From: Zygnema circumcarinatum SAG 698-1b
Taxonomy: Eukaryota > Plantae > Zygnematophyceae
NCBI GenBank assembly: GCA_037447605.1
Contig: CM074813.1
Span: 1,178,001-1,242,000, forward strand
DNA length: 64,000 nt
Reading direction: 5' to 3'
In this document: positions 58,180-64,000 of the stretch, one piece after another
Position numbering within the stretch: position 1 is the stretch's first letter
Layout: every line of letters begins with the position of its first letter
Notes under the pieces: model-generated
What the model saw: only the letters and a program-made list of their open reading frames with translations
Databases searched by the model: none
Told to the model about the DNA's origin: nothing
Made by a program: the position numbers and the translations under genes

Positions 58180-61100
58180 ATGGCGGTATCAGGTATGCGC
58201 GGGCTGTCGGTATTCATATCGGACATCCGCAATTGTCAGAATCGCGAGGCGGAGCGCCTGCGCGTTGACAAGGAACTTGCGAACATCCGCACACGCTTCA
58301 AGTCCGAAAAAGTGAGATATTGGGGCAGAACGGTACTCTGTCTCGCTCTCCCTCGCCTTCTCTTCCTTCCTTCTCCTCCTTGCCCGATTTCCTCCTCCAT
58401 CTCTCCTCCTTGTCTTCCGTTTCCCGTCCCGTCTTTGTTTCTTTTGGATCACTTACTTTCACTTTCTTTTATATCTCTCCTTCCCCTCCTTTCCTTTTCT
58501 ATTGGTTTTTTCCCTACTTTCTTGTCTTTCTAAATAGCAATGATGGCTAACAACTCTGACCTATAAAGAAAAGCTTTAACACTTGCATATTTATCAAGGT
58601 CTTTGAAACTCTTTAATGTTCCATCCAAAAAATAACTCATGCATACCATCCGAAGACCACTCTTACCCCTTCAAAAACACGGGTCTGGCAGCCAAAGTGG
58701 ACTTTGCGATACGTTTCTAAGATTTAGATCTTATTTATCAACTTGATTGTTCGTCAATATAAGGAAATTAAGTTATTTTCATTGTTTGGACTTTTCCCTC
58801 CTTTTCACTTGAAAGGACTGGATTTATACGAGCACATTGTGTGCTTAATTACGGCTAGAGTATAGACATCCATGCATACTTTTTTGACGTGTTTAGTTGA
58901 TTAAAGTTTTTAAGCTCTTTTGGTAGCAAGAGCAAGAGCAAATTTCTGAATCGGACACGACTTGCGTTTAATTGAATGTTAAGTATCCATTGCTGCTTGG
59001 TTATCTTTTGAGGTGAACTATATGAACAACCTTCAGACTTGCGTTCCTCCTTTACGTGTTTGACATTCAGATTTAGGTGCACGTCTTTGCACCTGCTACT
59101 GTCCGTGGATTTGTATAGCTTTTTTTCCGCTAAGATGCAGTATACTTAATATATGAGTCTTCTATTTTTCTGCACATGAATGCAGCAATTGAGTCAGTAC
59201 GAGAGAAAAAAGTACGTATGGAAGATGTTGTATATCTACATGCTCGGCTATGATGTCGACTTCGGGCACATGGAGGCCATGGCTCTCATCTCCGCTCCCA
59301 AATACGCAGAGAAACAAGTAGGTGGCTCCCTTGTTCTCCTTCATTTTCCACTGGATGCACAGCCGAGACCTTTGGAAGCAAAAATGAACGAACGTCTTCA
59401 TTGATGAGTTCATTTCATCTATTGTTATGAGAGCCTCAAGAGTGGTCTGGGTTTTACTGGGTAGAATCCGATTTTAGGCGCAGAGATTGCGCCAATGTTC
59501 TGTCGAATTTGGAGAAATGGTATCAGACAGATAGAGGAGCGACGGACAAAAAGGAGAAAATAGAGAACGAGAAGAGAGAAAGTCGGCAATAGTGAAGAGA
59601 AGAGGGAGAGAAGGAAAGAAAATTGAAAGCCTAGAGCAAGTTTTATGAGGGAGAAAAGGGAAGAGGAGTGTTGGCGTGAAGGGAAAAGTGTATAGTGAGG
59701 GGGGGAAGGTTGGGATGGGGCGGGACGTGGGTTCGGGAGGGGTGTGGAGCGGAGAGATAGGACAAAGGGAATAGCTCGACGTGTGGGAAGGGGGTGATGG
59801 TAGAGACGAGGTGAAGAGGAGACAGAGACAGCAACACGCATTGGAAGTAAAGGGGGGCAAGTTTAAGTAGGGGGTTTTGAGATGTGTTTCCTATTCGTGA
59901 CATTGTCAAGCCACTTTCCGCACCTATATAGCTGTGAACTTGAGAGAATATGAAAGCAATCCCATTTAATCATGCTTGCATTTAGTCGATGCATTTCCGT
60001 TCGAATAACGAATGGGGGAAAGTTGGTTTATGCAGGTTGGGTACATTGTAACGTCCTGTTTGTTAAATGAGAATCACGACTTTTTGCGTCTCATTATTAA
60101 TACTGTGCGAAATGACATCATTAGTCGGAATGAGACGGCACAATGCCTGGCGCTTACTCTGGTACGCATATCACTTGACATTCTCGGCTCAGGCTTGTAC
60201 CCTATCCACATACTCTCTCGTCCTTCCTCTAAACATCATCGGCATTTGGATGATTTTGAACTTAGTCGCCTAGCTCTTGGGTCTCCTTTAATTGCAGAAT
60301 TCGTTTGAGGGTTTTCTTTTTAGGTAACCATACGGTAGTCTTCTTATGTGCATTTCCTTCCCCATTGGAGATCGGTCAGATCATGCCATGTCGCATGTGT
60401 CTTTTGATGGCGGTGTCAGTTTTGCGTGACTCTGTAGTAGCTGCGATTCATGCTCTGACTTCTAGCAGAGGGAATCGCAAGATCAGGTGACGGAACTTAG
60501 CTGAATTTAGGACGTCATACTAAATGCTGACTAACAGTATCGGTCGGTGGACTGAATGAGTTTGTCTGGACTTGTATGTTGGAACGAGGGCCACGTCGGG
60601 AACTAAGGACTTAAGGGGTGTGTCATTCCAGGTCGGTAATGTGGGCGGAAAGGAATTCTCAGAATCATTAGCACCGGACGTGCAGAAGCTCCTGGTAAGT
60701 CCCATATGGATGGTGAACTTGAAGATGACTGCGGTGAAGCTTATTGAAATCTTTTTAGATTATTGATCGGTTTGGTGTTTTACCGGTGGATGCCTTCTGA
60801 GGTGAAGAATAGAGGGAAAGGTGATTGAGCGAGAAAAATGGAGGATATAATTTTCTTGGAAGAGGAATGACGAGAAGTATTTTGAGAAAGTTCAAGACAA
60901 ATTAAATTTGTCATGCCTATGGAGTCTCATGCATGTAGGGGGAACGGCAGCTGAAATAAATTGTGATAAGTGCCTAACAGCTCTAAATAAAATTCACCTC
61001 AAGGAAGGTCATAACCATCCATTTCCTGTTTGTTGCCACTTTCTTATCGCTTGAAGTCAGTCCTTTTCATTCCCTTTTTGCCGTTTTAGCTTGCTCTTTA

Positions 61101-63886
61101 TAGGTCTTATGTTGCAACTTATCTTGCTTTTTGTCTTGTGCTTTTCGTTCACTCTCTCGCCCTCCTTTTATGCTTGGCTAACACGAGAGCAGGTGTTGAA
61201 AATGGTAGAAAGACCTTTAACAATACAAGACTGTGTGTGGGTCTTTACAGGTCTCAACTACTGTGCGGACAGTTGTTCGAAAAAAGGCAGCTCTCTGCCT
61301 ACTTCGACTCTATCGCAAGAACCCCGATGTTGTGAATAGTGAAGGCTGGTGGGTTTTTTTGCAGTGCATTCAAAGGAATGAGTCTCTTGAATTTCCTAAT
61401 TTCCAAGGTTTGCGGGTGTCAGATGATGCGAGAGAGAGATTATGTGCTACTTTTCCTTAAGGGAACCAAGTTGCTAACTTAACATGAAAGGCAATATTAA
61501 CAATTTTGCCAAATCCGGCCTCCGGCCTTCATACTCAGTTGTCCGATGTGACTTTGAGATGTTAAGTTGACTTCAATGAATTTGAGCAGCCAACTCCATT
61601 CTGGTTGAACCTAATCAAAATCACAAAGCGACATGGCACTTAGAGGTCCATCCTGAATTCTTCTGTCGGATCTTGTCTTTTACCATCCTAAAGCCCATCA
61701 GACGATAAGCCAATCTCAACAGTGCGATCAAAGTCCCACCAGGAGAACTTCAATTCTCTGACATTATTACAGGTCTGCGGGACAGGGCAGAGAATATGGC
61801 CTCGCTGTTGGACGAGAAGGATCTGGGCGTGCTCACTGCCCTAATGAGCCTCCTCGTAGCGCTGGTTGCGGGAAGTCCTGAAGGCTATGGGGCATGCGTG
61901 CCAAAATGTGTTCGCACTTTAGAGCGCCTCATTCGCAGTCAAGATATTCCGCAGGAGTATACATATTACGGAATTCCCTCACCGTGGCTTCAGGTAGAGA
62001 GGCTTTTATTCCGTTTTGGCGAACGTATGAATTGGCATGTATAAGTATCTCAATGTTTTCCTTCAGAGGTGCCGGAAAAGAGGTGATAGGAAATGACATT
62101 TGGAAAATTAACACACCATATTTCATTTTTCTTTTTGGGTTGTTCTCTGGTATTGAGCATACTGAAAATTAGGAGAGTCGCAGAGAAGAGCAGCGGATAA
62201 ATGGTGGTGGGGGGAGTCGGAGTTCTGAGTGTGTAGAGGCGAAAGGAGAGCGGATGAAAGATGAGTGGGGAGATAGTGGAGAGGATATGCGAGCACAGGA
62301 CCGAGGGGAGAAGAGAGAAGACAATATTGAGGATAGAATGCAGGATGGATAGGAGAAAATAGTAGTGATGAGTGGAGGATGAAGGGAGGAAGGGAGGAGT
62401 GAGGGGAGAGGAAACGGAGAACTCCCTCTCCTTTCCTCCCCTTCCATCTCCACCCACCTCTCCTGCTTATTTCGTCCATATACTCTTCACTCGTCCCCTC
62501 CCCATAGAGTTCGTACAGGATGAAAAAACTAAGGAAGGCGGAGAGTATTAGGAAAGTATTAGGGTAGAGAACAGTGAGCAAAAAGGAGCGATCTGGATTG
62601 GACTGGATTGAAGAAGTCTCAATTATTCTGGTTCAGGCTGCCCATTTAGAAGACTTCTACTTGGACCCTCACTAGCATGGGGGAGGAAGAGGATGACAGG
62701 TGAAAGTTATGCGGGTCCTGCAATATTTTCCGTCAATCGATGACCCGACCGTTCGCCAGGCTCTTGTTGAGGTAAAGTGCTCTTCCTGCCGTTTTGTTGT
62801 TCTTGTTCCGTTCCGTGTTGTTTTGGCTACAACATTTATGAGACTGTTACGAGTCATCAAATATTTTTTTAAGTAAGTGACATTATAAATGTTGTGGGCT
62901 TTGCCGGCTTAATATGTACTGAGGGTGTAACCATTGCAGGTTCTACAACGGATCCTGACAAACACGGACTCTGTGAAAAATGTGAATAAAAATAACGCAG
63001 CTCACGCAGTTCTTTTCGAGGCCCTTGCACTGGTACGCGTTTTCGTTTGCCACTGTTTTTGTGGTGAAAGGAAATTCCGTTCAAAAGATAAGTTTGGTGA
63101 TAAATATTCTGATAGTCCTGTTGCATTACAGTGGAGAAAACGTATGTATTGAAGGCTTGTAATGTGTTGGGCTCTTGTGGGATATGTATGGCAGGTGATG
63201 CACTTGGATGCCGACAAAGAGATGATGGCTCAGTGTGTAGGGCTCCTCGGGAAGTTCATTGCTGTGCGGGAACCCAACATCCGCTACTTGGGACTGGTGG
63301 GTTCGACAGGCTGCATTTTCATCTGCATCCTACTGAACTTCCACTTCTGCCATATGATACGTTTTTTTGTCAAAGTTGTCTTTTATAAACAACGGAGACA
63401 CCAAGCGCACCGCAAGTAATTGGGTATTGTACATCATGGGTGGTTTTTTTCCAGATTTGCAATCACTGTTATTGAAGTGTTTTTTTCAGCAATAGCATGA
63501 CAGAAGATTTGGTCTCATACGATTCCAGTTGACGCGTGGCCAAATTCGTTGATTGATTAGGTTCACGCATTGAATGAATGCCTATGCTATTGAAACGTCT
63601 AGAGGTTTGCTTGATGCTCTAATCATGAATGAAAGGCGTTGCTAATAGAATCTAGAAATCAATCAACCCATGCGGGTACACCTATTGCTGAGCTGTACAA
63701 GTAAGCCATAAATGTTCTCGCCACATTCTTACCCTGCACGAGATAAATTTACACCAACAGACTTTGGCTTCGTGATCTTCTTCTACAGGAGAATATGGCG
63801 CGTATGCTGCTCGTGACTGATGCGCAAGAAAGCATTCGGAAACATCAGGCTCAAATTGTGATGTCTCTGAGGGACCCCGACATAAG
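58180..63886 (+). CDS. AP2A: AP-2 complex subunit alpha (alpha-adaptin), 5' part (gene continues beyond window)
   Basis: Exons 58180-58311, 59186-59317, 60036-60161, 60632-60694, 61251-61348, 61786-61993, 62700-62771, 62940-63032, 63195-63296, 63789-63886. [133 protein letters not shown]. Confidence 0.96.
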
Positions 63887-64000
63887 GCAGGCAGCCCCCC
63901 CTCCCTGAATGCATGCGTGATGACCCCATCGATGTCCTCATCATCCCATTGTGCAGCTACCTCTGGCGAGCGCTGTGTCTCTGTCTTTGGGAGGTTCTGA

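Noticed and set aside
1-64000. Autonomous transposon, retroelement or viral insertion
   Set aside because: No transposase, RT, integrase, Rep/helicase or capsid motifs appear in any ORF, and there is no long direct repeat pair resembling LTRs.

Overview
Eukaryotic nuclear DNA from a streptophyte. The proteins are land-plant-like, and the long GA/CT homopurine tracts and GC-rich promoter islands suggest a charophyte alga or early-diverging plant (inference). I traced 11 intron-containing genes by hand through their splice sites, checking reading phase at each junction: CPSF160 (5' part, -), a very long LHY/CCA1-type MYB clock factor (-), an S6PDH/M6PR-type aldo-keto reductase (-), MAPR4/neuferricin (-), a DA2/GW2 RING E3 ligase (-), a TlyA-family rRNA methyltransferase (-), a plastid-targeted group-3 LEA (-), ABA3 Moco sulfurase (+), a partial LRR-EGF-proline-rich protein next to an assembly gap (-), URB2 (-) and AP-2 alpha-adaptin (5' part, +). 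I found no tRNA, rRNA, CRISPR array or transposase/RT ORF. Most other ORFs in the supplied track are shadows of low-complexity tracts. The most interesting signals are: (1) a head-to-head LEA/ABA3 pair with a dense ABRE/G-box cluster; (2) an LRR + EGF-like + polyproline protein resembling an LRX analogue; (3) a 6-7x [IV]xLPDL motif array in the DA2 tail; (4) a spliced, uORF-bearing LHY leader that may add 55 aa in frame; (5) GTAC clusters and perfect palindromes in intergenic regions; (6) a perfect 15-bp (GGCAT-GGCCT-GGAAT) minisatellite in the URB2/AP2A divergent promoter. No database search or alignment was run, so homology calls rest on recognising conserved motifs.
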